Assembly: GCF_009914755.1 (NCBI RefSeq)
Contig: NC_060927.1
Length of the DNA: 64,000 nt
Source: the human T2T-CHM13v2.0 reference genome, Homo sapiens
Reading direction: 5' to 3' (one strand)
Shown: piece after piece, positions 1-22,985 of the stretch
Position numbering within the stretch: the stretch's first letter is position 1
Layout: each line of letters starts with the position of its first letter
The notes under the pieces: generated by a model
Told to the model about the DNA's origin: nothing
The model's input: only the letters and a program-made list of their open reading frames with translations
Database searches by the model: none
Made by a program: the position numbers and the translations under genes

Positions 1-39
1 TTGCGCTCCAGCCTGGGCAACAGAGCAAGACTCTGTCTC

Positions 40-70
<31 letters not shown>

Positions 71-502
71 AAGAAAGAAACAAAAGTGTTTTCAACAAAT
101 GGTGCTGGGACAACCGAATATTCATATGCAAAAGAATGAACTTGGACCCTTCCTTATACCATCTACAAACATTCCAAATGCATCACAGGTGTACTTGTAA
201 GAGACAAAATTAGAAAACACTTAGAATAAATCATAGGAGTAAACCTTCATGACCTCCAGTGAGGCAATCATTACTTAGACATGAGACCGAAAGCACAAGG
301 GACAAAAGAAAAAAATAGACAAATTGGACTGGACAAAATGTAAAAGTCTTATGCTGCAGATAATATCATTAAGAAAGTGAGGTGCGGGGCGCGGTGGCTC
401 ACGCCTGTAATCCCAGCACTTTGGGAGGCCGAGGCGGGCGGATCACTTGAGGTCAGGAGTTTGAGACAGCCTGGCCAACATGGTGAAACACCATCTCTAC
501 TA

Positions 503-769
<267 letters not shown>

Positions 770-1612
770 CTAACACGGTGAAACCCCGTCTCTACTAAAA
801 ATGCAAAAAATTAGCCGGGCGAGGTGGCAGGCGCCTGTAGTCCCAGCTACTCGGGAGGCTAAGGCAGGAGAATGGCAGGAACCCCGGGGGGTGTAGCCTG
901 CAGTGAGCCGAGATCGCGCCACTGCACTCCAGCCTGGGCGACAGCGAGACTCCGTCTCAAAAAAAAAAAAAAGTATTTGTATCCAGAATATATACCAATA
1001 TGAGTTGATGTATTGATATATACCAATATTGACCAATATGTATCTAGAATATATATCAGTTAGTTTTTTAAAAGTTGGCTTCAGAATTGTTTATAACAAT
1101 GTTGAATACTAAATGATTATGTTAATGCCTTTATAATATTTAATATTTTATATAAATAAAATAAAATGTAGTGTCATTCTAGAATTCTGTACCCAGGAAA
1201 ATCATTGTTCACATACAAGGGCAGGCAGGCCACAAACATTTTCCAAATATGTAAGCATGGAGAGAAGGTTGTTCTCATGATACTTTCTCTAAAAGTTTTC
1301 AAAGAGTAGCATTTTCCAATAGAACTTTCTGCAATGATGGAAATATCTGTATCTTCACCCTCCATTATGGTGAAATCTTCAACCCCACGTAGTTAGCTAT
1401 TAAGCATCTAAAATGTCACTAGTGCAACTGGAGAACTGAATTTTATTAATTTTATCAACTTGTTAATTGATTAATAAGTTAAATTAATTTTATTAAGTTT
1501 ATTTTTATTTTACTTTATTTGAGACAGGGTCTCGTTCTGTCACCCACGCTGGAGTGCCATGGCCTCAACTTCCCAGGCTCAAGCAAGCCTTCCACTTCAG
1601 CCTCCCTAGTAG

Positions 1613-1987
<375 letters not shown>

Positions 1988-2400
1988 TAGCCAGATGGTC
2001 TCGATCTCCTGACCTCGTGATCCGCCCGCCTGGGCCTTCCAAAGTGCTGGGATTACAGGCGTGAGCCAGCGCGTCCAGCCAATCGCCTTATTTTTAAGTT
2101 TAAATAGCTATGCATGGATATCTTTTTTATAGTGTAGAGTATTTCACACTGAAGAGAAGGTAAAATAGTTCCTTCCTTCCTTCCTTCCTTCCTTCCTTTC
2201 TTTCTTCTTTATCTCTTTCTTTCTTTCTCTTTCTTTCTTTCTTTTTAAATTTGAGACAGGGTTTTGTTCTGTCACCCAGGCCGGAGTGTAGTGGCACAGT
2301 CCTAGCTCACTTCGTCTCCAACTCCTAGTCTCAGGCGATCCTCCTGCATCAGCTTCCCAGATAGCTAGGACTACAGGTACACCCAACCACATCCAGCTAA

Positions 2401-2520
<120 letters not shown>

Positions 2521-3180
2521 TGAGTCGCTGAGATTACAGGCGCCTGCCACCACGCCCAGCTAATTTTTTGTATTTTCAGTAGAGACTGGGTTTCACCATG
2601 TTGGCCAGGCTGGTCTCGAACTCCTGAATTCATGATTCGCCCGCCTTAGCCTCCCAAAGTTCTGGGATTACAGGCGTGAGCCATTGCGCCTGGTCTAATT
2701 TTTAAAATATGTTTTAGATTTGGGGGATTGGGAGGGTCTCTCTATGTTTCCTGGGCTGGTCTCCAACTCCTGGCCTCAAGCAATCCCCCTGCTTAGGCCT
2801 CATAAAATGCTTGGATTGAAGGCATGAGCCACTGTGCCCAGCCCAAAACAGCACTTTTTTTTTTTTTGAGACGGAGTCTCGCTCTGTCGCCCAGGTGGGA
2901 GTGCAGTGGTGCAATCTCGGCTCACTGCAATCTCTGACTCCTGGATTCAAGTGATTCTCCCACCTCAGTCTCCTGAGTAGCTGGGAAAATAGGCGTACGC
3001 CACCACGCCCAGCTAATTTTTGTATTTTTGGTAGAGATGTGATTTCAACCATGTTGGCCAGGTTGGTCTTGAACTCCTGACCTCAAGTGATCTGGCCACC
3101 TTGGCCTCCCAAAGTGCTAGGATTACAGGCATGAGCCACCACACCAGCTTACCCAGCATTCTCTACAGTCACACCCCCTA

Positions 3181-3504
<324 letters not shown>

Positions 3505-5196
3505 TTATAGGGAAAAAAAGAAAAAATTCTACCAGCATTAAAATAATTATAAAATGTATATTTTTGAGACAGGGTCTTACTCTGTTGCCCAGGTTACAAT
3601 GCTATGATGTGATGATCATGGCTCACTGCAGCCTAAACCTCCCCAGGCTCAGGTGATTCTCACCTCAGCCTCCTGGGTAGCTTAGCCTCCCGGGCAGCCT
3701 CCCAGGTAGCTGGGACTACAGGCATGCATCACCATGCCTGGCTAATTTTTGTATGTTTGTAGAGACAGGGTTTTGCCATGTTGCTCAGGCCAGTCTTGAA
3801 CTCCTGAGCTCAAGTGATTCACCCACCTCAACCTCCCAAAGTGCTGGAATTACAGGCATGATCCACCATGCCTGGCCTCCATACATCCATATTAACCTTG
3901 AACGTAAATAGTCCGAATGCCCCACTTAAAAGGCACAGGGTGTCAAGTTGGATTAAAAAAAACACTACCTATCCATCTACTGTCTTCAAGAGACCCATCT
4001 CACATGTAGTGACACCCATATGCTCAGAGTAAAGCACTGGAGAGAGATCTAGCCACAAACAGAACACAAGAAAGAGCAGGGTCACTATTCTTAATCAGAT
4101 AAAGCAGACTTTAAACCAACAACAATAAAAATGGACAAAGAAAGGCATTATGCAGTGATAAAGAATTCAATTCAATAAGAAGACAAATATCCTAAATATA
4201 TTTATACCCAATATTGGATCACCCAGATTTATGAGTCCTTCTAGACCTATGAAAAGACTTTGAAAGCCACACAATAATAGTAGGGTACTTCAACACCTGA
4301 CTGACACTGCTAGACCGATCATTGAGGCAGAAAACTGACAAAAATAGGCTGGGCACAGTGGCTCATGCCTGTAATCCCAGCACTTTGGGAGGCTGAGGTG
4401 GGCAGATCACTTGAGGCCAGGAGTTCGAGACCAGTCTGGCCAACATGGTGAAACCCTATCTCTGTTTTGTAAAATACAAAAATTAGGTGGGCATGGTGGT
4501 GCACGCCTGTGTTCCCAGCTACTCAGGAGGCTGAGGCAGGAGAATCGCTTGAGCTGGGAGGTAGAGGTTGCAGTGAGCTAAGATTGCGCTACTGCACTCC
4601 AGCCTGGATGAAAGAGCGAGACTCTGTCTCAGACAAAAGAAAAAGAAAAAGGAAGGAAGGAAAGAAAAGAAAGAGGAAGGAAGGAAGGAAGGGAGAAAGA
4701 AGAAAGAAAGCTGACAAAAATTCTGGACTTAAATTCAACACTTGACCAATTGGACCTAATAGACATCTACAGAATACTCCACCCATCAACCACAGGAATA
4801 TACATTTTTCTCATCTGCACATAGAACACATTCCACCACATGCCTGGCCATAAAGCAAGTTTCGATAAATTTAAAAAAACCTAAATCATAGCAACCATAT
4901 TCTCAGACCTCGGTAGAATAAAAATGGAAATCAATACCAAGAAGATCTCTTTAAACCACACAGTTACATGGAAATTAAACAACTTGCTCCTAAAAGACTT
5001 TTGGGTAAATAGTGCAATTAAGGCAGAAGTAAAAAAATCTTTGAAATAAATGAAAACAGAGACATAACATACGGAAATCTCTGGGATACAGCAAAAGCAG
5101 TGTTAAGAGAAAAGTTTATGGTGCTAAACACCTACCTCAAAAAGTTAGAAAGATCTCAAATTAATGAGGTAACATCCCACCTAGAGGAACTGCAAT

Positions 5197-6843
<1,647 letters not shown>

Positions 6844-7077
6844 TCAAGATGAACACCTCTATGGACACAAACTTGAAAATCTGAAGGAAATGGATAAATT
6901 CCTGGAAACACACAATCTGCCAATTTTGAAGCAGGAAGAAATTGAAACCCTGAACAGACCAATATCAAGTTATGATTCTGAATCATTAAAAGGAGTCTAC
7001 CAACCAAGAAAAGCCCCTGATCAGATGGATTCACAGCTGAATTCTACTACATGTACAAAGACTAAGACTAATCCTCC

Positions 7078-7754
<677 letters not shown>

Positions 7755-7804
7755 CCTACTAAAACTATTCCCAAAAAATTGAGGAGAGACCCCTCCCTAA
7801 CTCA

Positions 7805-8233
<429 letters not shown>

Positions 8234-8411
8234 TCAACAAAATACTAGCAAACTGAATCCAGCAGCACATCAAAAAGTTAATTCATGAGGCCGAGATAGG
8301 TGGATCACTTGAGGCCAGAAATTCAAGACCACCCTGGCCAATATGGTGAAACCCATCTTTACTAAAAATACAAAAATTAGCTGGGTGTGTTGGTATGTGC
8401 CTGTAATCCTA

Positions 8412-8564
<153 letters not shown>

Positions 8565-8724
8565 TCATGCCTGTAGTCCCAGCACTTTCGGAGGCTGAGG
8601 TGGGCAGATTACCTGAGGTCCTAAGTTTGAGACCAGCCTGGCCAATATAATGAAACCCTGTCTCTACTAAAAATACAGAAATTAGCCAGGCATTGTGGCC
8701 CACACCTGTAGTCCCAGCTACTCA

Positions 8725-11148
<2,424 letters not shown>

Positions 11149-11903
11149 CTACCAACGTCATTTTTCAAGGAACTAGAAAAAATTATTCTAAAATCTACAT
11201 GGAATCAGAAAGACTCTGAATAGCGAAAGCAATCCTAAGTGGAAAGAATAAAGCCAGAGGCATCACATTACTGGACTTCAAGCTATACTACAAGGCTACA
11301 GTAACCAAAACAGCATGGTATTGGTTAAAAAAAAAACAACACCTATGGTCATCTGATCTTTGGCAAGGTTGATAATAACAAGCAAAGGGGAAAGAACACT
11401 GTATTCAATAAATTGTGCTAAGATAGTTGGCTAGCTATATGCAAAAGAATAAAACTGGAGCCCCACTTTTCACCGTATATTAAAATTAACTCAAAACAAA
11501 TTGAGAATTTAAATGTAACCCTTCAAGCTATAAGAATCGTAGAAGAAATCCTGGGAAACACCATTCTGGACATTGGCTTTGGGAAATAATTTATGACTAA
11601 ATCCTCAAAAGCAATTGCAACAAAACCAAAACTTGACAAATGGGACCTAATTAAAGCAAAGAACTTCTGCACAGCAAAAGAACCTATCAACAGAGTAAAC
11701 AGACAACTTACAATGGGAGAAAATATTCATAATTTATGCATCCAACAAAGGTTCAATATCAGAATCTATAAGGAACTTAACTGAACAAACAAGAAACAAA
11801 TATCCCCATTAAAAATGGGCAAATGGCTGGGAGAGGCGGCTCACACCTGTAATCCCAGCACTTTTGGAGCCCAAGGAGGGCAGATTACGAGGTTGGGAGT
11901 TCA

Positions 11904-12167
<264 letters not shown>

Positions 12168-12360
12168 TCAAAAGAAGACATACAAGTGGCCCACAAACAT
12201 ATAAAAAAATGCTCAACATCACTAATCATCAGAGAAAAGCAAATGAAAATCACAATTAGATACCATCTCACACCAGTCGGAATAGCTATTATTAAAAAGC
12301 CAAAAAATAACATGCTGTTGAGGCTGCAGAGAAATGGGAACACTTATACTCTGTTGGTGA

Positions 12361-12639
<279 letters not shown>

Positions 12640-13160
12640 TAAGGTGATCTGCTCCACTCGGCCTCCCAAAGTGCTGGGATTACAGGCGTGATCCACTGTG
12701 CCCGGCCTGGAGATTTCTTAAATAACTTAAAACAGAACTACCATTTGATCCAGCAATCCCATTACTGGGTATACATCCAAAAGAAAATAAATTATCCTAC
12801 CAAAAAAACACATGCATTTGTATGTTCATTGCAGCACTGTTCACAATAGCAATGACATGGAGTCAACCTCGGTGCCCATCGATGGTGGACTGGATAAAGA
12901 AAATGTACAAACACGCTATGGAATACTTCACAGCCATAAAAAGTATGAAGTCATGTCTTTTGCTGAAATATGAATGTAGCTTGAGGCTGTTATCCTAAGT
13001 GAAATAATGCAGGAACAAAAATCCAAATGCTACATGCTCTCAGTTATAAGTAGAAGCTAAATAATGAGTATTCGTGGATATAAGGATGGTAACAACAGGC
13101 CAGATGCAGTGGCTCACGCCTGTAATCCCAGCACTTTGGAAGGCTGAGATGGGTGGATCA

Positions 13161-13373
<213 letters not shown>

Positions 13374-14453
13374 TCAAAAAAAAAAAACAAACAACAACAA
13401 CAAAAAAAAACAAAACCTGAAAATCTAATATTTAAAATTAAGAACTCAATGTATAGATTTAACAGCAGATTGGAGATTATAGAAGATAGATTCAATAACC
13501 TGAAAAACAGAAAACCTTCAAACTGAATAATTGAAAAAAAAATTGACATCACAAAGTGTAAAAGACACGGTGAACAAGATCAAATAATCTTACATATGGG
13601 CTGGGTGCCGTGGCTCATGCCTGTAATCCCAGCACTTTGGGAGGCTGAGGCGGGTGGATCACCGGAGGTCAGGAGTTGAAGACCGGCCTGACCAACATGG
13701 TGAAACCCTATCTCTACTAAAAATACAAAAATTAGCCGGGCGTGGTGGTGGGCGCTTGTAATTCTGGCTACTCGATAATAATACTATTATAATAGTATTA
13801 TCTACCTCAGTAGATAATACTGCTGAGGCAGGATTATCGCTTGAACCCGGGAGGCAGAGGCAGAGGTTGCAGTGAGACGAGATTGCGCCACTGCACTCCA
13901 GCTTGAGCAAAAAGAGTGAAACTCTGTCTCAATAATAATAATAATAATCTTACATATGTAATTGGTGTCTCGGAGAACAGGCATAGAGAATGCAGCAAAA
14001 ACCATATCTGAAGAGATAATGATTGAGAATTTCTCAAAACTGATGCAAGACATCTACCCACAAATCAGAGAAACTCAATGATATCCAAGACAGATAAATA
14101 CAAAGAAAACAAAGATAGGGCACAAAATAAATGGCTAAAAATCACTAACAGGCTGGGTGCGGTGGCTCACGCCTGTAATCCCAGCACTTTGGGGGGCTGA
14201 GGCGGGCAGATCACGAGGTCAGGAGATCGAGATTATCCTGGCTAACTTGGTGAAACCCGGTCTCTACTAAAGAAATACAAAAAAAATTAGCCAAGCGTGG
14301 TGGTGGACGCCTGTAGTCCCAGCTACTCAGGAGGCTGAGGCAGGAGAATGGCGTGAACCCGGGAGGCAGAGCTTGCAGTGAGCCGAGATGGCGCCACTGC
14401 ACTGCAGCCTGGGCGACAGAGCGACACTCCTCTAAAAAAAAAAAAAAAAATCA

Positions 14454-14636
<183 letters not shown>

Positions 14637-15239
14637 TTAGCCGGGCGTGGTGCAGGAGCCTGTGGTCGCAGGTACCCTGGAAGATGAGGTGGGAGGATCG
14701 CTTGAGCCCAGGAGGCAGAGGTTACAGCGAGCCTAGGGTGTGCCACGGCACTCCGGCTTGGGCGAGACAGCAAGACCCTGTTTGGAAAAAAAAAAAAAAG
14801 AAAAGAAAAAAGAAAAAAAAATCAACAGTAATTGCAGCCATTGCTTAGAACTAAGACTAAACAAAGCTTTTGTTTGGAAAGGAGTACTTTTTCATTAACA
14901 TTGTTTAGAATTTTCTGACACATGATGATAATTAAAAGCAAACCATCCTGCAGTTGGCTTCGGTATTGTTTTTATCTTCTCCACCATCAATGCATATCCT
15001 TACTGCCTACACAGGCTCTCAGCAACGCACTGTTGGTTTTCCATTGCAGTCACCTCCACTTTATTCTTCCAGATCGAGTATGTTCAAAACTGAACTCATC
15101 TTCCGCCATAAATCTGCTATTATTATGTTTTTGCCTGTCAGGACATCGGCTTATAATTTTGGAAAGCATTCACAGTTGGGGCGGGTAAGACATAGATAAA
15201 GAGGCCAATCACAATACCAGGGGTAAGATCAATAGGAAA

Positions 15240-16360
15240 ACCAGAGAGCGGACGCCTGGGCCAGGCCTCACAACGTCCAGAGCTGGAATGGGTCTTTTGC
15301 TTTCGGCGCAGGGGTGACGGGATCAGCGGAGGGTAGGGGTGTACACTAGCTGCGGTCTGATTTAGCCCTTTTAGGTTAAAAGCTGGAGAAGGGGCTGAAG
15401 TCTCAAACGCGCTTAGCAGCTCCTGAACGCGGTTCCCATCCCAGCGCGTTCTGAGGGAGGCCGGGGCTAAGGACGCGGTGACGGGCGGGGGCGGGGCGGC
15501 CCCGGGTCGGGAGGCGGGGCGGGAGCGCCGGAAGCGGGCGGTGCCAGGCCCAGCCTCGCAGGCGGAAGGGCGCGGAGGAGGTGACGCGATAGGCCAGCGC
15601 CGGCGTCGCGGCAGCCGCTTCAGAGGAAGCTCGGCGGCTGTGGCCGCGGCGAACAGGCCGGACGCCTCGTCGCTGGCGGGGCTTCCCTTGGAGCTGACGA
15701 AGGCGGGGTCCGCGGTCCAGGCTGCTGCCGCGACGGGGCCGGCGGCGGGGCAGCTGCCAGGAACGAGGGTAGCAGGTAAGCGGGGACGCGGGCAGACGAG
15801 TGACGGACTCAGCGATCGCCTGGCGGGGCTGGCTGGGGCCATTCCCGCGCCGGTGCGCCACCTCAGCGCCCGGTCCGGAGGCCTCGAGCCGCCCTCCCCC
15901 GCCCGAGCTGGAGGCCGCCGTCCGTCTCGGCCACAGCCTCCCTTTCCGGGGGAGGCGAGCGAGCTCGTCCCGAGGGGCCGCTGCCCTGCGCTCTCGCTCC
16001 AGCCGGGCTGTGCGTCGCAGGCACCGGGAAGCTGGCGCCCCCCAGCTCCTCCTGAAGCCGGGAAAGCTCTGAGAGGAGGAGCCGCTGTCACAGGCCTCCA
16101 GCTCCGGCCGCCGTGGAAGTCCGGGGTTTTTATTTGCTTAGACCGCTCTGCCTCCTTCCGGCCTTCGTTTCTTTCCTCGCGCTCCCCGGGACCCTTTTCC
16201 AGAGAGCCCGGTTGGGCATGAGCGCGGTGGGAGACGTCTTTTCCCTTCGGTCTGCTCTGTGCGGTATCAGCCTCCGCTCTACGCCCTGTGGCCACTCTGT
16301 CGGGGTGGAGGGATGCGGAGAGGATGTGGGAGTTTTGGACTTAGAGCGAGAATAGCCGAG
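15240..16360. promoter_or_regulatory. SENP5: CpG island / SENP5 promoter (boundaries approximate)
   Basis: Sharp rise in GC and CpG content. Several GGGCGG GC boxes (15483-15523), ETS-type CCGGAAG at 15528-15534, GTGACG half-CRE motifs, CCAAT box just upstream at 15205-15209. No clear TATA box. Confidence 0.9.
15600..15775 (+). other. SENP5: SENP5 non-coding exon 1 (5' boundary approximate)
   Basis: Strong donor CAG|GTAAGC at 15775/15776 inside the CpG island. No ATG in the exon. The TSS cannot be fixed from sequence alone. Confidence 0.75.
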
Positions 16361-16813
16361 GTGAAATCCTGCCCTGCTCTCTGGTAGTGTTTTTCATCTC
16401 ATGCTAGATAGACATTTCGACCTTTTTCACCGCAGGTAAAGTGGGACTTTCTTCTACCAATGTAAATTATAATGTTTGGAGAATTAAATGAAGAAAGCAG
16501 ACGTTAGTTATGAAATGTTTTGAGAATCTGGTTAAATTTAATTTAAGAATATCCAGGACACTTCATGATAGGTTCCTACTTATGTTTTTTTTTTGTTTGT
16601 TTTTTTTTTGCATTTTGCCCGGAATAACTAAGCTTGGTATGGAAAAGGTTGCCTAGAGATGCCAGGCGCTCGTGTGGTCAGAGCCTAACTGCAGTCTCTG
16701 TTTTGGGTGGGCAGCATCAGGAAGAAACCAGACTCTCTCCTAGCCATCCACATGTCTCACGCTTATTGATGGCATATTATTGGTATATGAGGGATGGCTT
16801 ATATCAGTTTTGA

Positions 16814-17503
<690 letters not shown>

Positions 17504-18256
17504 GGTGCTGGGATTACAGGAGTGAGTCACTGCGCCTGGGCTATATTACTTTCTAAATCAGCCTTTTTTTTTTTTTGGTAGGCCATTATGTGAATCCTTC
17601 AAAAATCATAGAAAAATTGAAATTTAACAATATTTTGCTTTTATTCTAGCTTGTCATAAACCCAGTGCTCTATACACAGGCCTGCCTTTCTGCCTCCTTC
17701 ATCCTGGCATGCATGGCCATTTACTTTGTGTTATTAGCCAGCTTCCTATGGAGCTCAGTTTGAGAACGGGGTTCTGTGCTTCTCTAGTTGCCAAACATCT
17801 GATTGAAGTAGATCACCTTGGCATTTGCGATATTAAGCATGTCTTTGCGAATTTTTAGTTCCTTTTTCTTTTCTTGGTTAGATTGTACTCTGTCACTGAT
17901 TTAAAGAATTTGGTAGACGCTCAGAAAGGGTCAACTGGTAAGGTGGTCACAGTGCTTTACATGTATTTTTCTTACCTATTATGGTGAAACCCTTGTGACT
18001 TTTTTTGGGCGTGGGTAATATTTTCAAAATTAAGGTAAATAGGCCATCAGGCTGCGTTGAACTTTCTCTTTTAGGGAAATATATTCATTCTCCAATTATT
18101 CTTTGGTAGCCTTCTTATTGCTTTAGCAATTCCTACTCTATTATTAGTAGAGCCGGAAATGGACCCTACATCACAGATTCTCCAAATATACTAAATTATT
18201 TTTTCTCTAAAATGATCATGTTTATAGCATGTTGATTTTCTTTTTTTTTCTTTTGA

Positions 18257-18544
<288 letters not shown>

Positions 18545-18675
18545 TGATTTTCTACAACCAGATGACAAAGGATATCCTAAAGTCAGTGATTTAAAAAGTC
18601 ATGTTGGCTTGGTGCGGTGGCTCATGCCTGTAATCCCAGCACTTTGGGCGGCCGAGGCGGGTGGATCACGAGTCA

Positions 18676-19051
<376 letters not shown>

Positions 19052-19465
19052 TCACATTCTGACAGGAGACAAGTAGAGGTACATGTGAAGGGTTAGTATG
19101 AACCCAGGGTTACAGTTTCAATCTAAACTGATACTGCAGAGTTAACATTGAAACAAAGCAGCTCTAGGGAGCTGGCAAAAATTGAAGGTTAGAAGTCACT
19201 TGCTGGCTCTTGAGGCAGTCTTCTGACTCTGAAACTACTTGAGACTAAAATTTTCAAGAATTTTTTAACTTAATTTTGTAAAGATATAATTTACGGCCTG
19301 GTGCAGTGGCTCATGCCTGTAATCCCAGCACTTAGGGAGGCCGAGGTGGGTTGATCACCTGAGGTCAGGAGTTTGAGACCAGCCAACATAATGAGACCCC
19401 ATCTCTACTAAAAATACAAAAATTAGCTGGGCATGGTGGCACACACTCGTACTCCTAGCTACTCA

Positions 19466-19594
<129 letters not shown>

Positions 19595-20373
19595 TCAAAT
19601 ACATAGACCTTAAGGGTTTTTATTTTTTAAAGCATATGTACACAAAATGGAAGACAGAAAAATAGCAAAACATTTTGGAAGCTGGAATGCAGATTGATTT
19701 AAGCAGTCTGCCCGCCTTGGCCTCCCAAAGTGCTGGGATTACAGGCGTGAGCCACCACACTTGGCCGATATAACTTTTTCGTAGTGAAGCTTCAGTTAAC
19801 CTGTACGGTGGCTGCGCTGTGAACTTTCACCCAAATATTGGGCTCCTTAAGGGGCTGTTTAGGCTTGGGGCTGTCCTAGGGTCGGTGAGTATCTAGTAAG
19901 AGTGTAAACCTTCTATTTCCCTTGTGTGCGTGTTTTATCTTTGAAGGAATGTTGATATTTGGTCAGTATGAACATACAGCAGCATGGCTGGGAATACAGG
20001 GGCAGAAATGTAAAGGAAACGCATGTGAAGTTTGCTTTTAATTACTGGACCGTTGTATTCAAGAACCTTCAATGGCAGTATCTTGTCTTTGCTCCAGGGT
20101 CAGATTCCCTAAAGAAGAAGGGATCTCCTACTTGGAGAGTACAAATTGGGCTTCCAGCAGTCTGGCTGCTATACTTAGGGAAAGGCTGGAGGTCTTAGTA
20201 TTCGTTATGTAAACACTCATTCTTGTTCATTTAACTCAACTATTTTCAGTAAGATGACCTCATTCTCAACTGGACCAGTTGAAAAGCTTTCCAGTCCAGG
20301 AATTCTTTGTTTTTACATAGGATTGTTTTAAGCTGCTACGTGTGGTTAGTGGCTACCATATTGGATAGCGGAG

Positions 20374-20570
20374 CTGCACTATCCAGTGTGGTAGCCACTA
20401 GCCACATGTAGCAGCCTAAATCTAAATAATTAAAATTAAAGGTTTAGTTCCTCACTTGCACTAGACATGTTTCAAGTGCTCAATGGCCACATTTGCCCAG
20501 AGGCTACCGTATTGGGCAGAGCAGATATAGAATATTTCTGTCATTGCAGAAATTTTATTGGGCTGTGCTG
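20374..20570 (-). mobile_element. MER3-like hAT-Charlie MITE
   Basis: GGTAGCCACTAGCCACATGT core, AT-rich centre and CTG...GCTG termini. A + strand relative lies at about 1306-1500. Confidence 0.75.
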
Positions 20571-20778
20571 TTCTAGTCTAGAGAAGAAGACTCCAGGTGT
20601 CTGCAAGGATGGGTAGGGGACAGTTGGCTGGTTTTGTGGCATGTGGGAGGATATTTAAATCATTTGACCAATCCTTTTATTTTTAGCGTCATATTCATAT
20701 TCACATCCCTCTGTAGAACAATTCCTGACCTGTTTTGAGGTATTGTTCTTTAGATTGCTTTCCTCCCTGCAAGCTTGA

Positions 20779-20967
<189 letters not shown>

Positions 20968-21931
20968 TAGTAGAGACGGGGTTTCTCCATGTTGGTCAGG
21001 CTGGTCTTGAACTCCTGACCTCAGGTGATTCGCCTGCCTCGGCCTCCCAAAGTGCTGGGATTACAGGCATGAGCCACCGCGCCCGGCCCCAGCCGAGACT
21101 TAACGTCTTTAGATCTTTAAGTCAATCCACATTCCAACTTTCAAAATGTTTTTGCTGTTGTTCGGTGTTCCATTTTGTGTACATATGCTTTAAAAAAACA
21201 AAAGCCCTTCAGGTTTATGTATTTCACTGTAGGTAAATTATATCTTTAAAAAATTAAGTTAAAAAATTCTTGGCAGCCGGGCGTGGTGGCTCACGCCTGT
21301 AATCCCAGCACTTTGGGAGTCTGAGGCGGGTGGATTGCGAGGTCAGGAGATCAAGACCATCCTGGCTAACACGGTGAAACCCCATCTCTACTAAAAATAC
21401 AAAAAATTAGCCGGGTGTGGTGGCGGGCGCCTGAAGTCCCAGCTACTCGGGAGGCTGAGGCAGGAGAATCCTTGAACCTGGGAGGCGGAGCTTGCAGTGA
21501 GCTAAGATGTGCCACTGCACTATAGCCTGGGTGACATAGTGAGACTCCATCTCAAAAAACAAAACAAAACAAAAAACATAATTTAATTTTAATTAGTTAT
21601 TTAGGAATGGGTCTTGCTGTGTTGCCCAGGTTGGTCTCAAATTCTTGACCTCAAAGGATCCTTCTGCCTCAGCCTCTTGAGTAGCTGGGATTATAGACAT
21701 GCACCATGGTGCCTGGCTGGTTTTTTCTTTTAAAAAATTAATTTATTGGCTCACACCTGTAATCTTAGGTACTCAGAAGGCTAAGTCAGGAGGATTACTT
21801 GATTGAGCCTGGGAGTTTGGGGCTTCAGTGAGCCATGGCTGACAGAATGAGACCTTTTTTTTTTAAAAAAAAAAAAAGATAAAGGACAATTTTTTTATTC
21901 TTAATGAAGTTTTAAGAGGGAATGATGGTAA

Positions 21932-22285
<354 letters not shown>

Positions 22286-22639
22286 TTATCCAGAAGTAAA
22301 GTGCTTCATCAGAATTTAAACATGTATAAGAATCTCCACTAAAAAAATGTTTGAGCTTTACCCAGGCTTCTTGAACAATTTTTATATATCGCCTTTTTTG
22401 TTCCACCTTGGTTTTTGTCCTTTCCATTGTACTAAAATTTCTCCTGCAAATGTCAAGAGAATTCAGTGAACACTTTTAATCCTTATCTTGCTCGACTTCT
22501 CAACAACCTTTAACTGACCATTTCCCTCTTTTTAGAAACCTGTTCTAGCTTTGCTGATACCACCTTTACCTGATTTTTGACCTTATCTCCCTGGTCATTT
22601 TTTTTCACTTTCCTTTGCTTAGTCTTTCTTTATTTCTTA

Positions 22640-22985
<346 letters not shown>

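Noticed and set aside
15585-15775. Main SENP5 frame is open through exon 1 (possible N-terminal extension)
   Set aside because: No in-frame ATG, CTG or GTG, and GC-rich sequence is naturally poor in stops.
15138-16295. 385-aa antisense ORF and 247-aa sense ORF (15478-16221) over the promoter
   Set aside because: GTG starts, low-complexity Pro/Arg/Ala/Gly composition and no recognisable domain. Long stop-free frames are expected in a CpG island.
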